From Acidobacteriota bacterium (GTDB lineage Bacteria; Acidobacteriota; Terriglobia; Acidiferrales; UBA7541), in the NCBI GenBank assembly GCA_003133505.1, contig PKXT01000006.1:1-33333 (forward strand): 33,333 nucleotides of DNA, in the 5' to 3' direction. The position numbers and the translations under genes were made by a program. The notes under the pieces were generated by a model. The model saw only the letters and a program-made list of their open reading frames with translations. It did not search any database and was not told the origin of the DNA. Shown here piece by piece: positions 24,082-33,317 of this stretch. Numbering within the stretch: position 1 is the first letter of the stretch; each line of letters starts with the position of its first letter.

Positions 24082-24092
24082 CGGCTACCTCG

Positions 24093-24139
24093 AAAAAGAG
24101 GGGCCGGAAGCAGCTCCGGGGGGAGCCGGAGCCGCTTCC
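24093..24139 (-). terminator. Hairpin plus T-tract, probably a partial terminator after the capsid-proximal genes
   Basis: Long imperfect stem GGAAGC..GCTCCGG / CCGGAGC..GCTTCC across 24106..24139. On the minus strand it is followed by CTCTTTTTC. Confidence 0.5.
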
Positions 24140-24198
24140 GTTTTGTGAGCTGGCGTGCTTGCCAGTTCGGGAGGAACAACCTTGGTGTCCGCCTGGCG

Positions 24199-24675
24199 TT
24201 ACACGCAGACGGTGGGGGACTGGTCTTCGGCGAAGCGCGCGCCGCTGAGGACAACGATTACCGCAGCTAGATCCACATTGGCGCCATTGGCGAGCACCAC
24301 CTGGACATAGTCATAGCCCGCGTCGAGCGCCTGCGCATCGAGTTCGATGACGTAGAAAATATTGGCGTTCGCCGAAGGCTGAAAGCCCGCGCTGGTTTCG
24401 GCAGTGAGCGCTCCGAGCACATCATCCGATGCGCCGGAAACCTCCTGCTTGAAGACGTTGAACGGAATGGCGGTCGCGCCGGCGCCGGCGGCGCTGGTGC
24501 ACTCATTCACTACGATCGAAGTCATCTGCGCGGCCTGCGCGCCGAGGCTGATGATGATGGTGGCGTGCTGATAATCGGCCATCGAAAAAGCCTGCGCGGT
24601 CTTTCCGCCGCTGGCGCTGACGGGCGGCAGGGCATTGACCACATGGCCCTGTTGTGCGACTACGAATCCCTTCAT
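24199..24675 (-). CDS. Hypothetical capsid-proximal protein, possibly a decoration or cement protein
   Basis: 158-aa beta-rich ORF directly after the major capsid gene. The functional assignment rests on position only. Confidence 0.5.
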   Translation of the reverse strand: MKGFVVAQQGHVVNALPPVSASGGKTAQAFSMADYQHATIIISLGAQAAQMTSIVVNECTSAAGAGATAIPFNVFKQEVSGASDDVLGALTAETSAGFQPSANANIFYVIELDAQALDAGYDYVQVVLANGANVDLAAVIVVLSGARFAEDQSPTVCV

Positions 24676-24709
24676 GGATTTTCTCCTCGAATCTAAATTT
24701 GGAAAGCAG

Positions 24710-24733
24710 CGGGCCCCGACGAATCGGGGCCCG
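24710..24733 (-). terminator. 9-bp GC hairpin just downstream of the major capsid gene (attenuator or terminator)
   Basis: CGGGCCCCG / 6-nt loop / CGGGGCCCG. The following T-tract on the minus strand is weak (CTGCTTTCCAAATTT). Confidence 0.5.
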
Positions 24734-24752
24734 GAGGGTGGATCGCTCCTAA

Positions 24753-26048
24753 TTAGGAGCGGGTGGCCAGGGTGATGAACGGGGACAGCGTGTTGCTGCC
24801 CTGAAACGGGGTGAGGGGCTTCTTCCAGCTCGGCTGGCCGTCCACGCGATAGACGAAGCGGTACACGCCTTCATCGGTGAGGAACTGGACGTGGATGGAG
24901 TAGTCCTGCTTCGGCGCGCCCTTGTCGATGAGCAGGTACTGGCTCAGATCGGCGAGGATGATGTCGCCGGGGGTTCCCAGCGTGGCGCAATACTCCACGG
25001 GGATCACCGGCTTGCCGAGAATCATCCCGTACGCATTGTTGTTGTTCCCGGGAGGAACATAGATCCGGGAAAGATCGCTCAGGATCACGCCGGAGCCGGA
25101 ACCGAGTGTCAGGTTGTAGAGCTTCGGCTCGACGTCGATGTTGATGAGCCATGCGGCGCTCGCGCGGCTGCGCGGCCACATGCGCGAATACATGTTGATC
25201 AGATCCTGGGCATCCACGGTGGCGCCGGAATCGCCGGAATCCTTGGCGATCTGCAGCGTCGCGCCGGCATTCAAAATGCCGAGCGGCTGGCCGGAGCCAG
25301 TGCCGTTGATGATGGCGTTCTCGGTCTTGAAGGTCATTTCTTCCGAGAAGGCTTCCTGGATGACGGCCTGGAGGGCCACGGCGTCTTCCATGAGCTCATC
25401 GGTGGCATAGCACAGGGCGATGAGCTTGTTGGTCTGCAGTTCGATCTGGCGGAACTTCGGCTTGGACTTCGTGAAGTTCGCAGCTTCGTTCACCCAGTAG
25501 GCTAGAACTCCGCCCCACCGGGATCCGTCAACGCGGCTGTCTTCGTCGATGGCGTTAATCTTGATGCCGTTGGAGGTGCCGGAGATGGGGATCTTCCGGA
25601 CGCGCTTGGCCACTTCGCCCAGGTCATAGATGCGCTGGATCAGCTCGGCCGAGAAATCCTTCTGGACGAGGAATCCGCCATCGGATGGAATTGCTTCGGA
25701 GAGGCCATTGGCCGCCATAAGGCGCGGATCCATGATGCTGCCGTGGGAGAGAGCGTGCTTCGCGACCGCCTGAAGTTGCTGACCGAGAGAAGCAAAGCCT
25801 CCCGTCTTGGCGGACATTCCAGTGGCATTTTCGGCATCGGCGACGGGTGTGCCGCGCTCGATGGCCTGCAGTTCGTCTTCGTGCGCGAGCTGCAGCACGG
25901 TGGCCTTCAGGCCGTCCAAGCCAGCCTGATATTCGGTTTCCTCGGCTTCGGTGAAGACGCGGTCCTCAGCCTTGGCCTTATTCAGCAATGCGCGGAGAGC
26001 TTTTTCCTGATCGCTCTTGCGCTGCCGCAATCCTTTGATGTTAGACAT
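24753..26048 (-). CDS. Major capsid protein, HK97 family, with an N-terminal delta-like coiled coil
   Basis: 431 aa. The roughly 100-aa N-terminal region is charged and helical. Body motifs (WVNEAANFTKSKPKF, NAIINGTGSGQPLGIL, ILGKPV) are typical of HK97-fold capsid proteins. Confidence 0.95.
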   Translation of the reverse strand: MSNIKGLRQRKSDQEKALRALLNKAKAEDRVFTEAEETEYQAGLDGLKATVLQLAHEDELQAIERGTPVADAENATGMSAKTGGFASLGQQLQAVAKHALSHGSIMDPRLMAANGLSEAIPSDGGFLVQKDFSAELIQRIYDLGEVAKRVRKIPISGTSNGIKINAIDEDSRVDGSRWGGVLAYWVNEAANFTKSKPKFRQIELQTNKLIALCYATDELMEDAVALQAVIQEAFSEEMTFKTENAIINGTGSGQPLGILNAGATLQIAKDSGDSGATVDAQDLINMYSRMWPRSRASAAWLINIDVEPKLYNLTLGSGSGVILSDLSRIYVPPGNNNNAYGMILGKPVIPVEYCATLGTPGDIILADLSQYLLIDKGAPKQDYSIHVQFLTDEGVYRFVYRVDGQPSWKKPLTPFQGSNTLSPFITLATRS

Positions 26049-26206
26049 CGGGGGTTTCTCCTGTCGTAGGTTTTTCGTTCGGGGTACGGGGTGTTACTTC
26101 GCGGGTGCGTGGGCGCGATCGCGCTAGCCGTCGGGCAGGCGATCGGTCCTTATGCCGGCATGCTCACCATTGGGTGAGGAGTTCCCGGCGAAATTTGTTT
26201 GGGATT

Positions 26207-27403
26207 TTAGGCGTTCTCGATGAGATCGAGCTCGTGTTCCCGCATGGCGAGAGATTTCGCCGCGGGAATCAGCTCCGGAACTTCAGCGGCCGGAGCAGGC
26301 ACAATCGTTTCCGCGGCAACGGCGGAATTGGCATCGGGATTATCGGGATCCTGATCGTCGTCTTGCTGGAATGGGCAGCCGTTTTCCGCGCAGGCCTCAT
26401 CGGAGCAGTCTCGCGTGGTGCAAGCCCCACAGTTGCCGGCCGAGCAGGCATCGCAGGCTTGTCCATCACCAAGGCACTGGCAGCCACCGTTGTAATCGCC
26501 GGCGACCAGGGCGGCGCTAAGAGCCGCACTCATGCGGCGGGGCGCAGCGCCTCCGGAGAGTTTGCCAATCACCTGATCGAGCGAGGCGACGCGATCGGCC
26601 ATTCCTTCGGTCACCGCATCATCGGCCAGCAGCATGCGCCCCTGGCCGAATCCGGATTTCACGCTGGACTGGCTGACGCGGCGGCCGGTAGCGACGGCTT
26701 TCACAAACATGCCGTAGAATCCGTCCACTTTGGCCTGCATTGCGGCGCGCGCTTCGTCGGAAAGGGGCTCGTAGGGATTGCCTTCGGTCTTAAACTTGCC
26801 CGCGCTAATCAGGGAGATTTTCAAGCCCTCTTTTTCGAGCGCCTGGGAAGCGTCTTCATGCTGGCAGAAGACGCCGATGGATCCGCACTGGCCGCTGGGG
26901 GTGATGACGATTTCGTCGGCCGCGCTGGCCAGCCAGTAGGCGGCGCTCGCGCACATGGGATTCACCACCGCGGTAATTTTCTTGCCTTGGCCGCGCGCAG
27001 CGAGCATTTCGGCTGCCAGCTCGGGAATGCCTTCGACGGCGCCCCCGGGCGAATCCACGTCAAACACAATCGCTTTCACGGCCGGATCGGCGATGGCCGC
27101 TCGGAACGCTCGCGTAAGGCCAGCGACAGTTGTGCCGCCGGATATCTGGGACATCAGGGAAATTTTCTGGGAGATGACTCCATAGATCGGAATCACCGCC
27201 ACCGCGCCGAATTGCTTGCCGGCGGGTCCGGATACGCGCGAAGCGTGGAACGTTTGCGGCGCCAGGCGCAATTGGATTTCTTGCTGGGTGAGTTTTTCCC
27301 CGGAGGCGCGCAGGGCGATGAGCGCGGTGATGGTCCTGAATTTGTCGGGGAGGATGGCCCAGGGCTTTTGAAAGACTTCGTTAAACACGTGCTGGTATTT
27401 CAT
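26207..27403 (-). CDS. S49 (SppA/ClpP-fold) prohead protease with a C-terminal scaffold-like tail containing a Cys-rich cluster
   Basis: Start taken at MKYQHVF (ATG 27401..27403). Motifs VIPIYGVI, VFDVDSPGG, NPMCASAAYWLASAADEIV, GSIGV and SAGKFK are S49 hallmarks. Confidence 0.85.
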   Translation of the reverse strand: MKYQHVFNEVFQKPWAILPDKFRTITALIALRASGEKLTQQEIQLRLAPQTFHASRVSGPAGKQFGAVAVIPIYGVISQKISLMSQISGGTTVAGLTRAFRAAIADPAVKAIVFDVDSPGGAVEGIPELAAEMLAARGQGKKITAVVNPMCASAAYWLASAADEIVITPSGQCGSIGVFCQHEDASQALEKEGLKISLISAGKFKTEGNPYEPLSDEARAAMQAKVDGFYGMFVKAVATGRRVSQSSVKSGFGQGRMLLADDAVTEGMADRVASLDQVIGKLSGGAAPRRMSAALSAALVAGDYNGGCQCLGDGQACDACSAGNCGACTTRDCSDEACAENGCPFQQDDDQDPDNPDANSAVAAETIVPAPAAEVPELIPAAKSLAMREHELDLIENA

Positions 27404-27641
27404 CGGTAAGCTCCTGTGGGGCGGCCACAAAATTGAAGGCGGCGGGGCCGATCTGCACCAGGCGGAATTCCTGGTCGGGGAAAGTCGCTTCGAGGTGATC
27501 GGCTACTTCCTCGAGCAGTGTGTCGACGCCGGCGGATGTGAAGCGGCTGCGGGGCCCCGCGCGATACGTCCTCGTTACGGGCTTCTCCCGTCCTGCGAGA
27601 AAAACCTTCATGGCCACACTTTTGAACATGCGCTCGCTCAT
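27381..27641 (-). CDS. Small hypothetical protein between portal and protease
   Basis: 86-aa ORF with an ATGA overlap with the portal stop and a 23-nt overlap with the protease start. Confidence 0.55.
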   Translation of the reverse strand: MSERMFKSVAMKVFLAGREKPVTRTYRAGPRSRFTSAGVDTLLEEVADHLEATFPDQEFRLVQIGPAAFNFVAAPQELTDEIPARV

Positions 27642-29383
27642 TGGGAAAGTTCCCTGCGCTGGCGGCGTTTTTTGCCGAGGGCCATGGTGGCGAGCTGCTC
27701 GGGCGCAGTGTCTTCAATCCAATCTAGAACCGCGGCGCGTTCACCAGAACTTTGTAAGGCCAGCGATCGGAGATTGACCGCGGCGTACTGCATGGCGGCG
27801 GTGGGCGAAATGTTGAGAGCACGCGACACTGTGTGTGCGTGCTCCTGGTAGAAATACTCGGCGGAGGAAAGGAACGCCGCGGGATCCTCGGCAAAGCGGG
27901 TATTCAGCTTGCGGAGTGCGGCGGTTTCGCGGCGCACCATGCGGCCCGCGGCATCGAGCGCGAAGACCTTCAGGCGGGCATGTAAGGCTCGAGCTTTGGG
28001 ATCGTCCGCGCCTTCGTCATCGGGATTATCGTCCGGAGGATTATCGAGATCGTTTTCAGTATCCGGTTTGCCGGGCGTTGCCGGCGTATCTTCCGTGCCA
28101 ATCTGGCCTGGAGCGGGTTCCGGAGGTTCCTGGCCGTTAACCAGCATATTGAGCGGCCGCCAGTAATCGTCGCCGCCGTCTTCGTGCGAGACAGGATTCC
28201 AGTTTTCGAAGCGGCAGACGCCGTTGGTATTGAGAAAGCCATTGATCTTGGCGATGGCATAGCCGTCCATGCGGTCCTTGAAGGCGCCGCGGAGCAGCCC
28301 GTCCAGAAGGAATTTGGCGAAGTATTCGCCCTGGCCGTCCCCCACCACTTCCGTGAGGGGGTCAATCATGTCTACGGCGATGCGGCGTTCCCAGCGGTTG
28401 GCGATGAGCTGCATGCAGCCGGTGACGAACTCGATTCCTTGATGCTCGATGTTGTTATTGGTCGAGCGCTCGAGGATGGCGACCTTGTGCGGCGGAACGA
28501 GATACATTCCGCAGATTTCCTCGCGCGAGGCTTTAATGGCTTCGAGGAACTGAGCGTCCTTGTTGGACATGGCGATGGTTTTGTATTCCATCCCCCTATC
28601 GAGCACGGCGGTTGTGTGACGGTTTTCGCCGGTCTGAGACTTCTGCCAGCTATTTTTGTACTCCGCACGCGCAGCATCATCACGGAAAAGAGTGCCGGGA
28701 CCGGTGAGGTAGCCCCGAGGTTGGGCGTCGTTGCGCAGGAAGCGGCCAAAGTAATCCTGCATGCCCAGGGCGTTGCCAATGGTTTCGCGCTGGAGCGCGA
28801 TAGGGCTGAGCCCGACCAGTCCGTCCTGCGATTGCCCGCGCAGGTGGAACATTTCATCCTGGGTGAACCAATCAATTTCCGCGGTGAAGCGAGAGCGCAC
28901 CTGGTACTTCAGGCGGCCGTTGGGGAGGCGATAAACATTCACCAGATCGGGGTGAATGGGGATGAGCTGGTCAATCGCTCCGCGGGGCCCGGGAAGGATG
29001 CGGGCGAAGGCGTTTCCGCGAAGGTCCAGGTGGGTCTGCATCAGTTCGATGAATTCGAACGACGTCTGCCACTGGTTGGGGGAGTTATGCAGCACCTGGT
29101 AGAGCGGATGGTCCGTGGCGCGCTCTTCGCGGCCGTCGGAAAAGCGCTGGAAGATTTCGAGAGGGCAGGCGGCCAGTGTCTCCGATCGGACGCGCACGCA
29201 GGAGTAAACGACGCTGAGGCGCATGGCCGTCTCGGGACTGACCGCCATGCCGGCGGAGGAATCGGAACCGCGGGGCTGCCACCAGTAATCGTCAATGGGC
29301 GGCAGCGACTGGCCCATGAACGAGGCGCGAATTACCGCTGCGCCATAGGCAATCCGCTGAAATAGGGGCATGCGCGCGCTCAT
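27638..29383 (-). CDS. Portal protein, HK97 family
   Basis: 581 aa located directly after the large terminase (ATGA overlap). VYSCVRVRSETLAACPLEIF and LVGLSPIALQRE are typical portal patterns. The C-terminal tail is acidic. Confidence 0.9.
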   Translation of the reverse strand: MSARMPLFQRIAYGAAVIRASFMGQSLPPIDDYWWQPRGSDSSAGMAVSPETAMRLSVVYSCVRVRSETLAACPLEIFQRFSDGREERATDHPLYQVLHNSPNQWQTSFEFIELMQTHLDLRGNAFARILPGPRGAIDQLIPIHPDLVNVYRLPNGRLKYQVRSRFTAEIDWFTQDEMFHLRGQSQDGLVGLSPIALQRETIGNALGMQDYFGRFLRNDAQPRGYLTGPGTLFRDDAARAEYKNSWQKSQTGENRHTTAVLDRGMEYKTIAMSNKDAQFLEAIKASREEICGMYLVPPHKVAILERSTNNNIEHQGIEFVTGCMQLIANRWERRIAVDMIDPLTEVVGDGQGEYFAKFLLDGLLRGAFKDRMDGYAIAKINGFLNTNGVCRFENWNPVSHEDGGDDYWRPLNMLVNGQEPPEPAPGQIGTEDTPATPGKPDTENDLDNPPDDNPDDEGADDPKARALHARLKVFALDAAGRMVRRETAALRKLNTRFAEDPAAFLSSAEYFYQEHAHTVSRALNISPTAAMQYAAVNLRSLALQSSGERAAVLDWIEDTAPEQLATMALGKKRRQRRELSQ

Positions 29384-31185
29384 ATGGTGAACACCACGGG
29401 CGCGCCGGAATCGAGATCGGGATTGGCGATAGCGCGGCCCAGGGCCATCAGCGTGGCGACGATGCCGTCAATCTTTTCGGAGGACTTGGATTTGTCAGGT
29501 TTCATATTGCCAGCGGGATCCTGAGTGGCGACCAGGTTGGAAGCCATCCAGCGGAGAATCGGATTGCCAAGGTGAGCCAGCTTCTTGCTATAGACCAGGG
29601 CGATAATCTCGCGCATGGGTTCGGCGAAGGATTTCATGCCCTGCACGAACTCCACGCACTCGACGCCTTCAGCGATCAGCTCGGAAACAATCTGGGTGGC
29701 GCCCCAGGAATCGAAAGCCAGTTCGCGAATTTCATATAGAACGCGATCGCGGAGAATCTTTTCGCGGATGGCGCCATAGTCGATGACGTTGCCTTCCGTG
29801 GCGCGCAGCCACCCTTCGCGGATCCAGACGTCGTAGGGAACGCGGTCGCGTTTGACGCGCTCTTCCACGCGATCGTAGGGGATCCAGAATTCAGGAAGGA
29901 CGATCCAGAGTGGCAGATCGTCGGTTGGCGGAAAGAGCTTGACGAAGGAAGCGATGTCCCACTTGCTGGCGAGATCGAGCCCGGCAAAGCAGGTGCGGCC
30001 GAGGAGCCGTTCTTCCAGTTCAGAACGAAGCGCGCGGGGATGAGGCGCGGTTTTCGGATTCGGGTAAACGTCGAAGCCGGTGCACTGGGCCCACTGCTCC
30101 ATGGGGATGATGCGGGTTTCCTGCTGGGTCCACACATTGAGGTGTAGGCGAAGGAAAGCGTTGAGCGCGGCCGGCTGTTGCTTGGCTTTGTGGGCTTTGC
30201 GGCGGAGATCGTCAATATCGACGGAAATGCCGAAATTCGGATTGCATTTGGCCCACTCGTTTTCCTCTTCCCACTTGTTGGGATCGTCCAGCGCGGCGAT
30301 GAAAACGAAATAGGTATCGTCCTCGATAATCTCCTCGAGGATGCGGATGCCGTACTCATGCTCGCGCCAGCAGATGGATTCGCGATCGTAACCGGCAGTG
30401 GTGATGGCGATGATAAGAGGCTGAGTGCGCGCGCCGGTGGCGGTATCGATGACGTCCCAGAGCTTGCGGGACTTGTGAGCGTGGAGCTCGTCAACCAGGG
30501 CGCCGGAAATGTTGAGGCCGTCGAGAGTGTCTTCATCGGCGCCGAGCGGCTCCATTTTGGAAGAGCTGCCCGGGTGATTGAGATTGTCGCGAAACTTAAC
30601 GATGTGCTTGGAGAGCGCGGGGGATTTGTCGCGCATCCGGACGGCTTCACTGAAAACGATGCGGGCCTGATCTTTCTTGGTGGCCACGCAGTAAACCTCG
30701 GCGCCGGGCTCGCCATCGGCGAAGGTAAGGTAAAGTCCGTCGCCGGCCAGCAGAGTGGACTTGCCGTTCTTGCGCGGAATTTCGATGTAGGCAACACGGA
30801 AACGGCGGGTGCCGTCGGCGCGCATCCATCCGAAAAGGACCCAGGTGAGGAATTGTTGCCAGGGCTCCAGGATGAAAACTTTGTTGGCCCACTTGCGGCC
30901 CTTGCTGTGGCGGAGGAGCGGAAAGAAATCGAGGGCATGCTGCGCGGCGGCCCTGTCGAAATGAAGTCCGCGGCGAGCGCCATCAGCGAGATCGCGAAGA
31001 TGGCGCTCGCAGGAGAGACGTATCCCTTTGCACGCCGGTACGCGGCCGGCGAGGACGTCGGCGACATATTGCTCGGCCGGGTGGAGAGAGGCAACGGCCG
31101 CTTCGCGAGACTGAGCAGGCTTTTTGCGAGGCGCGACATTAGTTGACTTGTTTACTCGGCGCGGGGCGCGCGGTTTGCGTTTCAT
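29380..31185 (-). CDS. terL: Terminase large subunit (Terminase_1 family)
   Basis: Walker A-like EIPRKNGKSTLLAG, ATPase and nuclease halves, and appropriate size. The start is uncertain: I took ATG 31183..31185 (MKRKPRAP), which overlaps terS by 47 nt. The tracked start at 31251 gives a longer overlap. Confidence 0.92.
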   Translation of the reverse strand: MKRKPRAPRRVNKSTNVAPRKKPAQSREAAVASLHPAEQYVADVLAGRVPACKGIRLSCERHLRDLADGARRGLHFDRAAAQHALDFFPLLRHSKGRKWANKVFILEPWQQFLTWVLFGWMRADGTRRFRVAYIEIPRKNGKSTLLAGDGLYLTFADGEPGAEVYCVATKKDQARIVFSEAVRMRDKSPALSKHIVKFRDNLNHPGSSSKMEPLGADEDTLDGLNISGALVDELHAHKSRKLWDVIDTATGARTQPLIIAITTAGYDRESICWREHEYGIRILEEIIEDDTYFVFIAALDDPNKWEEENEWAKCNPNFGISVDIDDLRRKAHKAKQQPAALNAFLRLHLNVWTQQETRIIPMEQWAQCTGFDVYPNPKTAPHPRALRSELEERLLGRTCFAGLDLASKWDIASFVKLFPPTDDLPLWIVLPEFWIPYDRVEERVKRDRVPYDVWIREGWLRATEGNVIDYGAIREKILRDRVLYEIRELAFDSWGATQIVSELIAEGVECVEFVQGMKSFAEPMREIIALVYSKKLAHLGNPILRWMASNLVATQDPAGNMKPDKSKSSEKIDGIVATLMALGRAIANPDLDSGAPVVFTI

Positions 31186-31705
31186 TGTTCGGCTGAGGCG
31201 ACTTTCCAGCGAGGAACTTGGCGAACGGATCCTCATCGGCCTTTTTCTCAATGCGAAGGCGCGATCGGGACGCTGGCGTGAGACCGAATTCGATGAGGAA
31301 GGACTTCATCAGCTTCTGCGCGTCGTTGGAAATGGTGACGGCGGGATTGCGTTTGTATTTATAGCCGACGATGACGGCGGCTTCGCCCTGGCCCTTGGTG
31401 ACGGGTTCTTCGACGATCAGGCCGTGGAGCGCGATTTCCGCTTCCGCTTCCATCCAGCGCGAGAAATTGTGGCAGTAGGCGGCGAGCGCTTTGCCGTCAA
31501 CGATGCTGAGAACGTTGAGAGTGAGCAGCTCGGCAACGATGGTGCGCCATTCCTTTTGCGCGGCAAGCGAAAGTCCCGCGGGCATGGGTGGTTCGCCAGG
31601 CTGGGGCGTGGGCTTGTCCTGGTTGAGGGGACGTTTGCCGGGATTGCCCTGCAGCTTGCGGACCGCAGTCGGTTTCGGACGACGGCCACAGCCCTTACCG
31701 CCCAA
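31139..31705 (-). CDS. terS: Terminase small subunit (P27 family)
   Basis: The N-terminus GGKGCGRRPKPTAVRKLQGNPGKRPLNQDKP is the P27-family signature. TTG start 5 nt after GAGGG. Positioned between the HNH gene and terL. Confidence 0.8.
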   Translation of the reverse strand: MGGKGCGRRPKPTAVRKLQGNPGKRPLNQDKPTPQPGEPPMPAGLSLAAQKEWRTIVAELLTLNVLSIVDGKALAAYCHNFSRWMEAEAEIALHGLIVEEPVTKGQGEAAVIVGYKYKRNPAVTISNDAQKLMKSFLIEFGLTPASRSRLRIEKKADEDPFAKFLAGKSPQPNNETQTARPAPSKQVN

Positions 31706-31750
31706 AGTTGGCCCTCAAAACAGAAATTTTTAATTCGCGGGTGTGTGCTT

Positions 31751-31769
31751 GAGACCGTGACACGGTCTC
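31751..31769. repeat. Perfect inverted repeat GAGACCGTG-A-CACGGTCTC in the HNH-terS spacer
   Basis: Read directly from the sequence. It sits in a 110-nt non-coding spacer where cos or regulatory sites of HNH-dependent packaging modules are often found. Confidence 0.6.
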
Positions 31770-31815
31770 CGCGCGGCGGGTCCTCGAAGAAAAAGACCCC
31801 CCTACCCCTACACCC

Positions 31816-32217
31816 TCAGCGCGCGCGCTTTCGTCGCGCAAAGTTAGAATCCTTCGTGGCTGTCTTCCAGCTATGACATTCATGGCAAGCACCTTGCAGG
31901 TTATCGAGTGAGTCGTCGCCAGCGGGCTTAGGCACAATGTGATCTGCATCCGTACTCGCTGCCGGCAGCTCGTGCCCTACGCCGCGGCCGCACATGATCT
32001 GAATGCGGCACAGTGGATCGCGCGCCAACACAACGAGCCTCAGCTTCCGCCACTGACGGCCGTATCCGCGCGCGTGCGCCGAGCCGCGCTGATCATCGAA
32101 GCTTTTCCTGCTCTGCCCTCGTGCTACTCCATTCCTCGCATGCGCGACGCAATAACGTTCTTCGCACAACGCGCCGCAGCCAGGTTGCTGGCAAACCTTC
32201 TTCGCCGCATAAGGCAT
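31816..32217 (-). CDS. HNH endonuclease (packaging-associated)
   Basis: Cys-rich N-terminus CQQPGCGALCEERYC, DADHIVP and NLQGACHECHSWKT form an HNH motif. The gene lies immediately upstream of terS. Confidence 0.85.
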   Translation of the reverse strand: MPYAAKKVCQQPGCGALCEERYCVAHARNGVARGQSRKSFDDQRGSAHARGYGRQWRKLRLVVLARDPLCRIQIMCGRGVGHELPAASTDADHIVPKPAGDDSLDNLQGACHECHSWKTATKDSNFARRKRAR

Positions 32218-32243
32218 CGCTCAATATTTCCGAATCAGGGAGT

Positions 32244-32516
32244 TCACTCCCCGACGTTTTCCCGGTCACCGTCCTGAAATTCGCAGTAGATCGCGATATC
32301 CGGATCGTTCGAGCGATCCGCTGTCAGCGTTTCACCTGCGTCGCAATACCAGAATCCGCCATCGAACGCGACATAATCGCCGTTCTCCGGTGGCAGCGAT
32401 GAATAGTAAGCCGGCTGCACCCGCGTCATTGACGGCAGATCCGCCACTTTCATTTCCGTGCCGGATTGCGGGAACAGCAACGCCGCCGCTGCCATTAGGA
32501 TCATCAGTAGTCTCAT
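32244..32516 (-). CDS. Small secreted hypothetical protein
   Basis: Signal-like MRLLMILMAAAALLFPQSG and an acidic mature part. Confidence 0.55.
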   Translation of the reverse strand: MRLLMILMAAAALLFPQSGTEMKVADLPSMTRVQPAYYSSLPPENGDYVAFDGGFWYCDAGETLTADRSNDPDIAIYCEFQDGDRENVGE

Positions 32517-32561
32517 CGGCTGGGAAATAGCGGCTGGAAATTTTACAGGCTGGTGAATTCT

Positions 32562-33002
32562 TTACTGTGCCCTGAAGACATCAAGAGAGTAGATGTTGAC
32601 CGTGTTAGGAACATCCTGATAAACCTGCAGATCGCACATCCAAATTCCCGCAACCTCAAACAAGCCGTCCTGTGAAATAGGTTGCGTTGAGGAATGAGAA
32701 GTCACCTCACCGGTGCGCTCGTTCGTGACCCGTATCGAACCCCATGTGTAGGCCTTGTCGCCGTAAATTGTGACGTAATATTGCTTCATCCCACAGTGGA
32801 GTTCCACGTCGTAAACGTCTCCGGCCACGGCATCGGAAAGCGGAAGCGTCATAACGCAGAGCTTGTCGTAATTCGGCCCACCCTGGGGGAAGATAAGGCC
32901 GCCGCCATGAAGGTTAATGGTGAAGACGACATTATTCGAAGGCTCGGTACCCCCGCCAACCGTTGACCGCGTGCCCGGCAATGGGGGCAAGGCGCTCTGC
33001 AA
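32562..33002 (-). CDS. Hypothetical protein (start uncertain)
   Basis: The ORF opens with TTG and has no clear SD. The body is beta-rich (YDVELHCGMKQYYVTIYGDKAYTWGSIRV) and the local GC is visibly lower. Confidence 0.45.
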   Translation of the reverse strand: MQSALPPLPGTRSTVGGGTEPSNNVVFTINLHGGGLIFPQGGPNYDKLCVMTLPLSDAVAGDVYDVELHCGMKQYYVTIYGDKAYTWGSIRVTNERTGEVTSHSSTQPISQDGLFEVAGIWMCDLQVYQDVPNTVNIYSLDVFRAQ

Positions 33003-33038
33003 GGACTGTCAGAAGGCAAACGAACAAGGTCGGTAAAG

Positions 33039-33317
33039 TTACACCGACACAAACGTTATTTCCCACGCCGGGCCTACCAACTCGCCGTCAAGCACGGTGT
33101 AGTAGCGTCGTAATTCGCTGACTTTCAGGCCATAATCCAGAGCTATGCTTACTGCGCGAAGTCCTGTGGCGTGCGAACCATGAAATCGTATCGTCGGCTC
33201 AAAGAAAGCGTGTCCTCGCCCCCCTTCACAAGACTCAAAAGTTTCTATTCCGCTCCCTGATAATACCTTTACTGCCTTGCGGATGCCGGGGTCTATTTTG
33301 CTGTAGGGTGGAGTCAT
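33039..33317 (-). CDS. Hypothetical protein (92 aa)
   Basis: ATG-initiated ORF with protein-like composition and no recognisable motif. Confidence 0.5.
   Translation of the reverse strand: MTPPYSKIDPGIRKAVKVLSGSGIETFESCEGGRGHAFFEPTIRFHGSHATGLRAVSIALDYGLKVSELRRYYTVLDGELVGPAWEITFVSV

Noticed and set aside
26105-27409. Long plus-strand ORFs antisense to phage genes: 26105..27409, 28184..29365, 20283..21221, 11567..12544, 30178..31146, 14728..15492 and 2722..3525.
   Set aside because: Their R/G/A/H-rich translations are typical of the antisense strand of high-GC genes. They have no SD or coupling, and each is fully covered by a minus-strand gene with recognisable family motifs.
29676-31139. Long same-strand alternative-frame ORFs: 29676..31139 (487 aa), 8917..10119 (400 aa), 12657..13250 and 6582..7034.
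   Set aside because: These are Ser/Pro/Arg/Ala-rich low-complexity translations nested inside well-supported genes (terL, fibre, host specificity). They are GC-driven open frames.
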